Shown one piece after another: positions 39,546 to 52,905 of a DNA stretch of 64,000 nt. Under the pieces are notes generated by a model that worked only from the letters and a program-made list of their open reading frames with translations, did no database searches and was not told the origin of the DNA. The DNA is from Dicyema japonicum (taxonomy: Eukaryota; Animalia; Dicyemida). Position 1 is the stretch's first letter, and each line of letters begins with the position of its first letter. The stretch spans positions 589,334 to 653,333 of the forward strand of contig RDEW01000032.1 in assembly GCA_011109175.1 (NCBI GenBank). The letters are read 5' to 3'. Position numbers and translations under genes: made by a program.

Positions 39546-40658
39546 TTAATAAAAATCATTATAATAGAAAGGCAGCCAGTAGGCACAGTAGTTATTGCAA
39601 TTCTCGTATAAATTATAGTCTAAGTGTGGATCAGGATGCTCTGTTAGGACACGTGGTTCAAATTGAATAAAATTTGTAAAATTAGTTTGTGGCTCAAACT
39701 GGTTGAATGTGGTGAAATTTGGAATAAAATGCGAGTGAAAATTTTGCTGAGGTAAATAAGTGAAATTATTGATGTTCGTATATCCAAATAGATGACACGT
39801 GGGTTGAATAAAATTATCATTTCCCATGTTGATTTGTTCATAGTGATTCACATATTTTAAGTCTTGCTGAGGTAAATAAGTGAAATTATTGATGTTCGTA
39901 TATCCAAATAGATGACACGTGGGTTGAATAAAATTATCATTTCCCATGTTGATTTGTTCATAGTGATTCACATATTTTAAGTCAATACTATTACTGTCTA
40001 CCTGATTTGTTGGAATGAAGACATCATCAGTATCCACAGTGATAAATTCCTCGTCATTACGTTTGATGTGATTGATGGAATGGTTCCAATATGTAGAATT
40101 CAGAATAGATATATCCTCAACATTATTTACTCTTTGATTTGCAACAATGTCTTCAGTACTCACATTGGTCATATTGGGAACATTAGATTCAAATTGATTA
40201 CTGGATTCTGATTCCACGTCATCAGAGTGCTCAAATTTGTTATTTTCTACTGGGTTGTATTTCAAAGTGATGTCTGCTGAGGTATTTGGTGTATCATCTG
40301 GGTTCTGTTGGTTTTTATCCAATTTTTCATGATTTTTATTGAATAAATAGATTTTGTCTTTATTAGCAGCATCAAATTCATCAAATTGTCGTAATTTGGG
40401 GATCACTTGATTTATGAGCATAATTTTGTATGTTTCTTTGCTCACTCTCTTCATAATTGACGGGGATTGGTAGTAAGTTCGAATTGAACGATAGAGTTTT
40501 CCAGGAGTCATTTTTGGGTTGTTTTTGATTTGTCCCCACAAACGGGAGAGTTCCTTGATGTTTACGATTTCGAAAGTATTTCTACTGACCCATTTAACAC
40601 ATGAATATTTATCTCTTAGAAGTTTCAAAATAAAATAATATAAGCAGACTTTAGCCAT
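39546..40658 (-). CDS. intronless ETS-domain transcription factor, 370 aa
   Basis: N-terminal LYYFILKLL.D...VKW...F.I...ELSRLWGQIKNNPKMTPGKLYRSIRTYY is an ETS fold; contains an exact in-frame 120-bp duplication (39744-39863, 39864-39983). Confidence 0.88.
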   Translation of the reverse strand: MAKVCLYYFILKLLRDKYSCVKWVSRNTFEIVNIKELSRLWGQIKNNPKMTPGKLYRSIRTYYQSPSIMKRVSKETYKIMLINQVIPKLRQFDEFDAANKDKIYLFNKNHEKLDKNQQNPDDTPNTSADITLKYNPVENNKFEHSDDVESESSNQFESNVPNMTNVSTEDIVANQRVNNVEDISILNSTYWNHSINHIKRNDEEFITVDTDDVFIPTNQVDSNSIDLKYVNHYEQINMGNDNFIQPTCHLFGYTNINNFTYLPQQDLKYVNHYEQINMGNDNFIQPTCHLFGYTNINNFTYLPQQNFHSHFIPNFTTFNQFEPQTNFTNFIQFEPRVLTEHPDPHLDYNLYENCNNYCAYWLPFYYNDFY

Positions 40659-41274
40659 TTTTATTGAGAGGAAATAAGTTTAAATATTTGAGAGTTTATT
40701 ATTTTTCTTTTAATTTTAATTAATTTATAATTAAATATAAATATAATAAAATTATTTAAAAATTTTATTAAATTAATTTTAGGATTATTTGTTTAAAAAA
40801 CTAGTATATCGATTTTTAGTAAAATTTACAGCTTTTAAAATTCAGATTTTTTGGTTCTATTTTTACAAACAAATATCGGATTATTACTTTTGTAATGTTT
40901 TCAAATAAACATTCTTTCAGTTTCTTCCGAGAAGGAAGGAAATGAGGAAACAGCATTATTTTCAATTTCCTCAAAAAAAGCAAACCAAGGTTATCCTAAA
41001 ACTCAAAAATTATTATTAATAAACATTTTAATTATTCGATTCTGTGATATTTTTTAAATTTAATATAATTTTATTTTCTGAAACCCTAAAGTAGAGCCAA
41101 GACGAAATTTAGTATTTTCCGGGGTATTTGATGAGAAACTAAATGATTAAACTCTAACATTTCCAACCTCGTATTAATAGAATATTAGATAATATTTCAT
41201 TTGTTCTTTTATATTCAATGTTTTATAATTTGATGTGATTCGAACCTAGACTGGTGCATCTGAAATCATCAGTT

Positions 41275-41400
41275 TAGCAAGTAAGTTAAAGTAAATCCGC
41301 GTTACCAGTAAACAATTTATGGTTTCGCCTGTGCCATGTTTTTAGAATATTCCTGCAGTTAGCCTTCACTATCCCTTTTATTGTCGTGCTCGCCTTATCA
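41275..41400 (-). mobile_element. RTE-like LINE 3' terminus
   Basis: Aligns with 47830-47960. Confidence 0.55.
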
Positions 41401-41429
41401 GTTTAAGGAGTCATTTTAACATTAATATA

Positions 41430-41900
41430 AATAATCAAAACATCGACCTCTTCTAACTTGGAGACCTGCCCTCGTGGTCCTTAATTGCAGCCATTAAGTG
41501 ATCCCTGCCTTTCTCAATGCCTTTTCATATTCTCTCGCTGTTCCTAAAAGATCCCACGGAATTTTTTATTTTCTTGTCACTGGTAGATGCTTGCATGCGA
41601 TAATCAATTGCCCCATTTTTGACAAAGGTTTTGAAAAAAGGTGGATGTGTCACAAACAAACTCGCAAAAATTTCAATTGAGTTTAGATTTTGATTGAAAG
41701 CATCTTTTTAGGTTTGTTTCGGCAAATAAGTGCTTCGTGTGACTCCACAATTTTCACTTTACATGGGATTTTTCTGTTAAGGGTCATAGATGGGCAGGAC
41801 CGATCAGCCTTTACAAATATTTTAGTGCATGACTATACGCTTTTAACTGGAGAAGGCAGGGATCACGAATACCTCGAAATACGGGTCATCAATTTTTAGA
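41430..41900 (-). mobile_element. I-group LINE 3' fragment
   Basis: Ends EYEKALRKAGIT*. Confidence 0.55.
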
Positions 41901-41991
41901 TTTTCGAGCCTGAATAGAATTTTATCATTTCACTGTTCACAGAAATCATTCCCACATTTTGGAAAACTAATTTCGCTAGCTAAAAGTACTT

Positions 41992-44991
41992 TGTTTGGTT
42001 GAAGTGGTGACGTCCCTCTTTGAAAATATGTCTTCTTCGCGCTTAATTACCCGTTGCCCATTCTCTCTTGGTACTTTCAACACTCGAGGCTTGAAGTTCA
42101 TCACCAAAAAACATCAACTCGCACGTAATTTATCTATCCATGGTGTCAGTATTTGCTGCATTCAAAAGACAAAAATTACAGCATATTCTATTACGAAATT
42201 GGATGATTACTACATGATCACTTTGGACTCTGACTGCCGACATTATGGTCTTGGATTTGCGGTTCACAGGGATATTTACGACCGTGTGACACGCGTATGG
42301 GCTGTCTCGGATCGTATTGCAGTCATGCAACTGAAGTTTGGAACAAAGCCCAACTCTGTTATTTCTATCATCAATGTTTATGCTCCGACCGTTGTCCGGG
42401 CTGATACCAATCCTGAAGAATTTGGTGCGTTTTACTCATGTTTGACAGGTACATATGATTCACTTTCGTCGTCATATCTGACGTTTATTGGTGGAGACTG
42501 GAATGCCAGAGTTGGTAAAGTACGGAATGGGGAGACTTGTATTGGATCACATGCTCGGAATCGTCGAAATTCCTCTGGTGTCTCATTGGTTCAATTCTGC
42601 AAATCCTACAACTTATTTATTACGAACACTGCTTTTGAACACCCAGCAAGACATAAACTACCTGGACTGGTTCACGAAAGGACAAAAATGGCAACTTGAT
42701 TAAAATATATAATCAAATTGATTATATCTTGTGCAGAAGAAGGAACAAAAACCTAATACGAAACTCGAGATCATACGATGGGCTTGAAACATCAAGTGAT
42801 CACAAATTGGTGATCACTCGGTTCTCTTTGGGAAGTTTGTACAAACCTGGAAGATATGGAAAAACGGAATTCGAAAGATTGGATACAGAAACTCTAATAA
42901 GCAATGAAATAAAGATGAAAGAGTATGGCGAAAAACTCAGAAAGGAATTAAGCAAGATGAATACAAACAATAGTGCACAGGATTTGTGGAATGACGTTGG
43001 AGTTGCAATGAAGAATACCGCGTCGTTGGTTTTGGGGACTACTCACAAAAACAAATTCAAATATAACAACGAAGAAATATCATACTTATCTTCAGAACAA
43101 AAGAATTTGAGGATTAGAATTAATAATTCAAATATACCGAGTCTAAAAAAAGAGCTAAGGATAGTTCGTAACTCAATTTTAACAAAAATCAAAAAACTTC
43201 AAAAATATCAAGTAAAAAAGGAAGTGGAGGAACAGGTCGATGAAATCAAGAAATATAAGAACGGATCCAAAATGTTCAAAGCCATTCGGATTATTAGCAA
43301 AAAGAAACGACCAGGGAATATTGTTATTCACGACCAACATGGACGATCAGTATTGAATGTTATTGAAAAGGCGAACATAGTCTCTTCACACTACTATGAC
43401 ATCTTTAACAATCAAGAAATTGAAAACAAATCTCCAATAACATCAACGGCTCCTCTTAACTGCCCCATTATTATCGCGGAAACTATCAAGGCAATAGGAA
43501 AACTAAACTACAGGAAAGCGGCTGGTCCTGATAATATACCTGCAGAGTTAATAAAATGTGGACCCACTGAATTGGGTGAAATAATCACCATCATACTCAA
43601 TAAAGCATTTGAAGACAAAAACGATCTTGGAATTGGGAGAGGATGGCTAATTCCAATACCAAAACCTGGGAAACCTAGAGGTCCCGCAAACAGTCTAAGA
43701 CCAATAATTCTATTATCGGTCTTACGGAAAACCCTCTCTATCATTGTATTAAATCGAATCAAAGGGAAAGTCGACAAATTCTTATCGCCTGGACAAAGCG
43801 GTTTCAGGGAAAAAAGATCAACCGCCGACATAGTATGGACGCACAGATGGTCTGGCGCTATATGTCAGAAATACAAAAAATGCATAGAAGTTCTGGGGAT
43901 CGACATGAGTCGTGCATTCGACTCTGTACACAGGGGACTACTTATTAACATTCTGAATACATTTCTAGACACGGATGATGTTAGAATTATTTCCTTGCTC
44001 CTAGAAGATACTCACCTGGCTGTCAAAATCGGAAATACCGCTTCCAATTTTTTTAAAACCACTCGGGGAGTTCCACAAGGGGATTCGTTGTCTCCTATTC
44101 TATTTATTATTTATCTTGAGGCTGCACTGAGGGATTTCAGATTATCCATTAAAGGACAATATTATGAGTTGATTTACGCAGACGATCTGGACTTTGTATC
44201 GGATGATTCTGAATTTCTCAAGTACATAAACGAACATCTTCCTAACATTTTCCAAAAATGGTTCTTGAAGATAAACACTGACAAAACGGAATTTACATCA
44301 TTCAGCCGTGCAGAGAGGATATCCGACGAGACGTGGAGAAGACATAAGAAGGTCGGATCGCTCTTGGGGACGAGGAAGATGTAGCTCGACGGAAAATCCT
44401 TGCATCTGGTGTTTTCAGAAGCCTATCTAAAATGTGGAGTTCGGGAAGAAGACTTTGTGGAAAAATAAAGCTTATGATATACAAATACTTTGTTGTGCCC
44501 ATCCTAATATATAACTGTGGGACATGGGGTTTGTCTAAACGGGCAATGGAGTCTATTGACAGTTTCGACCGCAGTATGATTCGGAAGGCACTTAATATTC
44601 ACTACAAAATGAAGATCAAAAACGAACAATTATATAAGTTGAGCAAAACAGAACCATTATCCATGGAAATCAGAAGATCGAGATGGAGACTGTTCGGTCA
44701 CATTCTGAGGATGGACCTGGATGTCCCGGCAAATCACGTAATAGATGAATATTTCATGGAAAAAACAAAATCATTCCGAGGAAGGCCTAGAACAACCTTA
44801 CCTATCACGCTAAATGAGGACCTAAAAGCCATAGGCAGGGAGTTAAAAACAATAAATGACCTCGATGAACTAAAAGATCTTGCGAAACGGAGAGGCCTTT
44901 GGATGCGATTGGTGCAAAGGGTGGCCGGCGCGGCACAAGGGAACCTTAATTGACTTTTTTTATGTGTTCTCGGCAGTGCTGATAATAATAA
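41992..44991 (+). mobile_element. near-complete RTE-like LINE (APE + RT)
   Basis: GTFNTRG, GGDWNARVG, QIDYIL, SDH, RPIILL, IDMSRAFDSV, GVPQGDSLSP, YADD, RWRLFGHILR, RGRPRTTLP; (TAA)n tail; 11-bp TSD TAAAAGTACTT (41981-41991, 44992-45002). Confidence 0.95.
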
Positions 44992-45289
44992 TAAAAGTAC
45001 TTGGATACCTCCTTACAGAGGATTGGATTAACGAACTTCACAACAGAAGACCAACTTAAAACGAGATTAGCAGATCCGGAAATTCTAGACGTAAATACCC
45101 TGTCAGAGCAATAAATTGATCTTCGTTTTCTGCATATGCAAATGTCTAACTACTGGAACATGCAAAGAGTGAGTTTTGGATCAATTCTATCCCAATCGGA
45201 TATGTTGGGATTTACCTCGACGATGATTAAATTTTTAATTGAGTGGATTAAAAATATGGCAAACAAATCATTAACGATTTGGTGGAATC

Positions 45290-45560
45290 TTAGATACATA
45301 TAACCATTCCCTCTAACCAAATAAGTATGGGAAGACTCACTAGGAATAAATCACTCAACGATGACGTTAAATGTGCATTGAACTCAGTCCATCTTGGAGT
45401 TACTGGCCTAAACAGAGGGCTGATGGAATTACAATCTTTTCGTCGAGGAAAGGAAACCACTAGTATGGGATACCACTCTATCTCCTTACATAATCGAGAG
45501 CGTGGTAAATCATTATACACCGCAGAAATGTTGAGAAGTCTAAAAGGAAGAAATAGGAGT
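45290..45560 (+). mobile_element. degenerate LINE RT fragment
   Basis: QSFRRGKETTS resembles QxGFRxGRST, preceded by a YRPISLT-like relic. Confidence 0.4.
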
Positions 45561-46251
45561 CACTGAACAGACATAAATTCGGCACTTTGTTTTTTTAGAC
45601 AACCGGAAATATAAATATAAAGTCACCATCTTTTTTCAAGAGATAGGAAATTCTAGATAGACTCAGAAGCCATGTTTATAATAAATGTTTTCTGTATAAC
45701 TAATTAAAAGATTTTGAATGATCACGTGTACAACAAAGGCATATTTACAATGTAAAATACGTCACAATGCGGTTGAATGATCACGCAAACATAAATGTGG
45801 AAATGAAATTATTCCTAAGAACAAAGGTAAAACCAAATTAATCTCGTGATCCTTACGTGTTCAGTACAAGGTGATCAGAGGATATTATCCTGGATGCTGA
45901 GGTAGAAACCAGACCCGTCAACAGAGAACTAAATAGTCTCCAGTTAGAATGAAGAGATGGATCTTTTTGGATGCTGCCAGGCATTAGACGTATTTAGAGG
46001 ATACGTACTAGAAGGAAGAAAAATCTTGAGAAATCTTGAATCATGTAGCTACATGGCACCACGTGGTTAAGTGTAAATTGAATTTTATTAAAGAGAATGT
46101 AACTGAAAATAAATGATAACTAAAAGTGGCAAGTTAGAGTGAATCATCTCCATGTTGGTCACAGAATAAAAGTTGTTAATTGTGGTAATTCACGTGTTAT
46201 TAAGTCATGATGATAAAACTAATATAAATAGTGAACATCGTTGTAATAAAG

Positions 46252-47790
46252 ATGGAAAGAACAAACAAAGGTATTAAATATAATTATGGGAGAAATATTG
46301 GGGAGAGGGTACTTTTTCCTTATTCTCCTTGGATGTTTTAATTTTATAATAGCCTACACTCACAGAGTCAATCTAAGTCTCATAATTGTGGATATTGTTC
46401 AAACTGTGGGAGATGAGCCTAACGATAAAGCATAATTTAATTTTAAAATAGTATTTAGTGACATGGACATCTGTGGAAAGAGGGATTATACAATCAGCAT
46501 TTTATTTTGGATATTTTTTGATGCAATTTACTGGAGGAATGATGGCCCAAAAGTACAGTGCCAAAACACTAATAACAATATCCACGATATCATCATCAGT
46601 TCTAACATTACTGTCCCCATGGCACTTTTAAAGTCTCCGTGGCTGTTGTCGTTTGTCAGAATGGCCATGGGTTGTCTTCAAGGATTTCTTATAACATCAA
46701 CCCAAGCTCTGAATGTGAATTGGGTACCAGACAAACGGTCATCTACAGCAACCAGTCTTATATTCGCAGGTTGTCTTTTATCTAAAACACAAAGGGACTC
46801 AATGGGGATCTATCCTTGGTTTCCTAGGAACAGCAGCCTTGGCTAAACTTCCAAATTCATGGGAGTACTCATTCTATTTATTTGGTAAGAATGATGACCA
46901 ATAATAGGATGTCTTGGAATATTACTGGGGATAATATGGCATTTCTGGATGACTGACTCTCCGCGGTATCACAAATACATAACTGAGGTGGAAAAAAATT
47001 ATCTAATCAGGAACTGCAAACAGCTAAAAAATAAGATTTTCAGTATTGGTAGTATAAACTAATAGGATATCCCCTTCAAGTCAATATTGTCCACCAAACA
47101 CTGTATTGTGTTATTCACATGTGAATTCACATCAATGTGGATAAGTTTCAGTACACTAACAATATACCCTAAATATCTCTACGCTAAATTTGGATTCGAG
47201 GCAGGAAATGTAAGATGAGTTGTAATGCAAGCAAATGGTGGCCTCTACAATCCCATATTTAACAAACATGGTTGCAATATCTGCAGCTGGGATAATATCT
47301 GATTATATGATAAGTCGTAAACATATATCTCGACTTAATGTCCGCAAAATATGTCTCTTTATAGGTATTTGGTTGTATAATCAAAGGGATATTCCCTTGT
47401 TGCTATATTTTCTTATTAACAACCTTGTTGGACAGTAATCAGGGCAATTGGGCAGTCTTTTGTTTTCATTGGGCAATCTCTTTAATGGTTTTCAGATTAC
47501 AATTCTTCACAATGTTATTGATTTGTGTCCACAGTTTTGTGCCACAGTCATGGGAATTGCATCAACCTACGGGGCCTTGGGTGGGACTGTTGCCCCTTTA
47601 CTCAATGAGATTATAACCAAGAATCAGGTTTCTGTAGACTTTAACTATAGTTTGATGTCACAAACTGGCAGATTGTCTTTGGGATTGCTGCTGGCTATGG
47701 AACATTGGCTTCTGTTGCATTTATTATTTGGGGAAGCAGTTCCAGACAGTCGTGGGATATGACTCACACCAAGAAATCAATTAATTTATA
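46252..47790 (+). CDS. SLC17 (sialin/anion transporter, MFS) gene with several micro-introns and single-base frameshifts
   Basis: RVNLSLIIV; W..VERGIIQSAFYFGYFLMQFTGG; DSPRYHKYITEVEKNYL; IPFKSIL; RLNVRKI; HNVIDLCPQFCATVMGI. Confidence 0.85.
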
Positions 47791-47829
47791 ATTTTAATTA
47801 ATTTGTTAGTGATATCACACCGTTAGTGT

Positions 47830-48830
47830 TTTCTTAAGTTAGCTACATTACCAGTAAACACTGTTTAGGATTCACTTGTGCCATGTTTTCGACTATTCTT
47901 GCAGTTAGTCCATCCCATTCGTCGTATTGCTCGTCTCCTGAATTTGTCCAGATCGTCTGCATCCATCAATCGGCCCCCGATCACAGCATAATCCTCCGCA
48001 AATTTCCTGGGAAGACAACCTCTTGGATGTTCTCTAAATGTAGAAAATTCAGTATGCCGAAAAATTCTTCCATGGCGGTATTTCATGGTGTTTATTCACC
48101 CATCCGTAGAATATGTCAAAAAACGCCAGCGGCTTCAAGTACGTTCGGACTTGTTGTTCCACAATCAGTTAGTCTGTATAATTTATTGTTTTGGTTTTCT
48201 TTGTCTAATAGTATCCAAGAGTTTTCTTAGTTGGCCTCTGTGAAACGAGTCGAGTTGTTCCATATCTTTCTTCGATGACCCCAAGAACCTCGTTGTACAT
48301 GAGGAGTGGTAGGACAAATCCATTAGATAAGCGTAATCGCATCTTAGTAACAATATGATTATTTCTCATCAAAATATATTGTAATTTTTAAGTGATATTG
48401 TGGCCAATATCTTTTGTCATGTGATATCCTCTGAATCCCCAAGTAAAGATCCGAGCTTTCGGTTGTTCTTCCACTTCTCAATGCGGGTTGCCGTATCGTG
48501 GTTATTTCAGTTTTGTCTTCATTGACATTGAAGACCATTTACTCAAAATTATTTTCGATTCTCCACAATAATGTCTATAAATTCCCGATCTTCCGCTACA
48601 AAATCGACATCATCCGCAGACTGTCTTCATCGATAACGTATTTCAACACGGTAATTTACTCCTGTTGATGCTGTCAAAAACATTGCTCATGTCGATTCTC
48701 AGGATATGAAAAGATCGTATGTACTTATGACATATTGCAATGATCCAGCGATGGCTCCAGACAACATTAGCCTGTGGATTTTTCTGCTCTGAAGCCACCG
48801 TAAGAAAAATATCGATCGACCGATATTGAT
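47830..48830 (-). mobile_element. 5'-truncated diverged RTE-like LINE
   Basis: GFRAEKSTANVVWSHRW..IDMSNVFDSI matches the 41992 element; 3' end at ~47830. Confidence 0.8.
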
Positions 48831-49479
48831 ATACGGTTTCCTTAGAGAGGATTGACTGAAAAATGATTCAGTTATTTCATGAATTGACTAAATTAAAATT
48901 GTAATAAATTTTTTCTTTTATTTTGATCTAATCTAATAATGGTCAGCCTGAGATAGAAAATTTTTCTTTTAAAGTTATGGCAATTAATTGTTCACCCATC
49001 GAGTTAAAATTGCGTTACTTCTTATGAACAATGATAATTCCATTCCACAATTCAGAAAGTGTAGTTATTATTTGAGCTGTAAATTCCATGCCATATCACT
49101 TTGCCAATATTTGCGGTGCTCCAAATATTGACAAGTTTTTTTAAGGAAAAAGATTCATTAAAGCCAAAAAGTAACAGTTAGCAACTGCTGGCTGCTCTCA
49201 TAATTGAAAACGTATTTCCTCTGACGATTTGCAAGGAAATGCGTTAAATGAGCTAGCTCCTTTCTCTCCGATCGTTCTTCCTCTTCGCGATGAGCGATCC
49301 GATCCTGTTTAGAAGGGTCAGTGACCTGTTTCCAATAAATTTTGTTGTTTCGACTGTCACTGGTTTGAACATGAATTGTCCTCCAAGACATGCGTATTTT
49401 TTTATCTTTAGGGTTTCAACCTTCTCCGAAGCAGAGCCTGGGTTAGTTGCTGTCGTTATAAGGTTGGTGGGAGAAAGAC

Positions 49480-50690
49480 TATCAACACAGGTGGCGTCCC
49501 CGGCAAGGAATTTACCACTCTCCTATGGGAAAAGAGTGGTTCCGTTCTTGAGTTGGGTGACCGAGACATCCAGAGATAAATAGAAATAGCGGTCACTGCC
49601 CGGCAGAAGTCTTCCTCTCCGCAAGCAAGGTTTATAATTTCACATTTATACGGGTTCGGTTCCAACCCAAGTGCTGCAAGTGCAGAGATGGCGATTCGAC
49701 TTCCGCCATCACAAGTTCCTAATTACCTCAGACGGTCGCGTCGTTCAGGTACCATAGGTTCAATGGAGTTTGCATCGTCGATGCTGCACAGTCGATACCC
49801 AAGACGAAGAGCATGAGGCTAAGGGGGTCACCTTGTTGTAATAAAGTCTTGGATTCGACGGTATGTTGCTCGAATATCATGGTACATGGGAGCCGTATGC
49901 AAGTTTCACCATCCTGGTGATTTCCGAGATCCTGGAGATGCTAGCTTCTATGATTCTGTCTCTGCGAATGCTATTGAAGGCATTGCAAATGTCGAGTTTG
50001 ATTATTATAACATTCGTAGTGTCTGGCGGACTGTTAGCAAAGATCCTGATTGAGTGTATTACTGCCTCACATTCATGGGAATTCAACCCCAGTTGAGTAG
50101 GGCTCAGTTGGGGACTTAGAGTCTTGCTTACGGCTCTGGCAGCAATCTTCGCCGTCAGGCGCCTGAATAAGTTGCCTATACGATGAGTCTTAACCCACCG
50201 CTATGCTTTCTGAAGGCAATCAGTTTGATGCAAAAAGGAGTCCTCTTGCATAGTCGGGGATATCAGCCCGAAGAATGCGGTCCGTAAGGATCTTTATTGG
50301 ATTAATGAGGAGTTCCCTATATCGGCGGTCGTGGAAGAAATGAGGTCTTTCATATGGCTCGGACGTAGGCCGTCCAAGCCAGCCCTGCTGTTTCCTGGGA
50401 AAGATGAAATAACAGATCGTATATCATCTGTAGTGTTGCCGAATGTGGGATGTCCCTCCCAGTTTACTGTCTCGCGTAGATCGTAGCGGGTGGATGTTTT
50501 GGGGTGACGTGCTCAAGGGTTTCTTTAGTTGGTGAAAGTACCTTGTAATTGTTGGAGAGCGTACGAGGGGCACTTTGAATTTTCCCGACCATGACCTTCT
50601 CATTCACCTTTGCGTATGTCCCACTTGTCTTTATTAAGAAGTTGAAAAGCAACATCTCCAGCACATTTTTGTTTTATAGCGCGAAGGACA
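49480..50690 (-). mobile_element. CRE-clade RT fragment
   Basis: KHPP, VKTHRIGNLFRRL..., LDICNAFNSIRRD, NPYKCEIINL. Confidence 0.8.
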
Positions 50691-51774
50691 CAAAATTTGG
50701 TAATATGATCTTGATAGACTAAATCCAATTAAAAGATCTCGTGTTTAGCAGATCAACCTGCGGACGAGATAAAAATTCTATAAAATTGGACGAACAACAC
50801 TAGAATGTGATTTTTATATGATTCTCTTTTTCTGACAGTGAATGCAAAATGACTTATATAAATTGTCTGGCGAATTAATGTCGCTATATTTTTAGCAATT
50901 TCATTTACATTCTATCACGTACACATGGCTATTTTGTATGTGATCCATATCTTGATAATATCGAAAAGTTATTATACATAAACATAATATTTCGAAATTT
51001 CTCATTCCGTGTTTCGTTTATGCGTATTTCGGAACATTCGAGTACTTCGTATTTTTTTAAAATATGATAATCTTTTCTTGATTTCTTTGAATTGTTTAAA
51101 TTCATTTAAAATATTCGATGATTAAAAAATATTCATATTTAAAATAAATGAGTAATTCTTATTTTGACTTTTTGATTTTATAACTTTTGATTGATACAGC
51201 ATTTTGGATAAAAAATCACATTTTTGTAAGTTTTAAACAATTTTAAAGAATACAAGAATTTTTGACTTTATTGACAAAAATCGCCTTAATTATCAACAAA
51301 GTAATCACTAGTGTGGATCAACAAGACAAATGCTAACTTGTCTTGAAAGTAGTCAGATGTTCCAAATACAGATTTTAAAGATTCCTTATGTAGACGGTTA
51401 CTAGTTTTGTTTTTCTGTAATGAAAAGATATTGGATCTTTTCTGAACAAGATTATGAATATAATACACGTTTGTTTTTATTGAACATATTTGGACTTCTT
51501 CGGACTTACACATTGAAGTGACTAATGATGGTCGTCTAGGAACTGTTTGACATGCAGAAGTTGTCCAAAAATTCCGAATGTCTAAATCAGGGATTCTCAA
51601 CGGCGGCCCGCTTAAAATTATAAAAAAAAATTACATATTTTACATAATGCAGCCGGATTTTAACTGTGCTTTTTTTCTGTTTGTTTCGTACAATAAACTT
51701 TTTATGGTTAAAATTTTTTACATATTTTAACTATTGTTTTTAAAAAAATAAAAATATTTTTTTAAGAAATAGAA

Positions 51775-52215
51775 TTATAAATCATATTTAAAACTGCCAT
51801 CCATCAAAGTGGACCCCGCCGACATTATCGACGTTGCGTTGCCTCTCACGATTGCAACAGAGATCAACTGGAGTAGCCACCGAGTCTCACGTGCGTCGTG
51901 GCTTTTTAGTGTATCTAAGCGTCCACGTTTCTTTAGGAAGCGAAGCGATTTTCCACTTATTCCTCCAGTTGTCTCGACCACTATCGGATAAAACGCGAAT
52001 CGGTCGCGTAGCGCTTCGTGTTTCTTCTCCTTTTCCCTCATCGTTTTTTCCGCGGAATACAGTGTGTCTACCGCGCTCCCGACAATGTTGGACGGGCAAA
52101 GCGTGTCAACACAAGTAGCGTCCCAGACCAAAGGTTTCCCCTCTTCGAATGGAAAAATTGTGATCCCGTCGAGACGTTTTCCGTCTCCTCTGTTCAGACC
52201 AACAGGTTCTAGTAT
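51775..52215 (-). mobile_element. CRE 3' end (REL domain)
   Basis: VWDATCVDT...YPIVVETTG...QLISVAIVRGNA. Confidence 0.88.
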
Positions 52216-52609
52216 GGCTGGGTAGCTTGGAGTCGAGTAACAACAACAACGATTGTCAATTGTTGTATATAAATAAACAAACAGAGAACATGTGTTCGTG
52301 AAATTGATTCAAAAAAAGCATTTGAATTGATTGATAAACATGTTTCAGGGTTAATGGAATTTGAAATAAACGGAATGGAAGATAATGGGACTTTGTATAA
52401 TGGAAATGAATAGATTGAAGGGTTATGTTTAAAAGATTCAATAATAATAATGAATAATCTCGAAACTTCTTTATTCAATACTTGCCTGAAGGGCTCAAAG
52501 AAAACTATGAATTAAGAATAAAAATTTCAAAGATTCTAAGAAATAAGTATAACACTTATATTTTTATTATAATGAAATATTAATAATGAAAATTAGGCAA
52601 TAATTAGGA

Positions 52610-52905
52610 CGACAGATGGCGAAGGCGTTACCTCTAATAATCGCCATTTCGAGCCTCTGCCTCAACCAGAGTCCCTCCCGTGGCTCGCACCTTTTTGAAG
52701 CGAGTTTGCTTCCAATGCTGTGGAGAAAGGCTTCCGTCTACGTGTCTACAGTTCCAGTTGTCTCCACAACAATGGGGGCGAAATGGTAATGGTCTCCGAG
52801 GGATTCGTACTTATGGATCTTCTTGACCTCCGCCTGGTCGGCTGCGTCTCCAGAGAGTGCGTCGCCGTCAGCAATCTGGCTCCTGAGAAGGTGTCCAGTA
52901 TAATA
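52610..52905 (-). mobile_element. CRE 3' end
   Basis: AEVKKIHKYESL...FAPIVVETTG...LRQRLEMAIIRGNA (frame not in the ORF track because of a stop). Confidence 0.85.

Noticed and set aside
38372-39835. Apparent second, partial ETS gene copy (38372-39043 repeated at 39166-39835)
   Set aside because: It ends at the N at 39044 and differs by scattered SNPs; most likely an uncollapsed haplotype overlap.
51286-51600. hAT C-terminal dimerisation-domain relic
   Set aside because: Only a loose resemblance (RSNIFSL...NRL); no termini.
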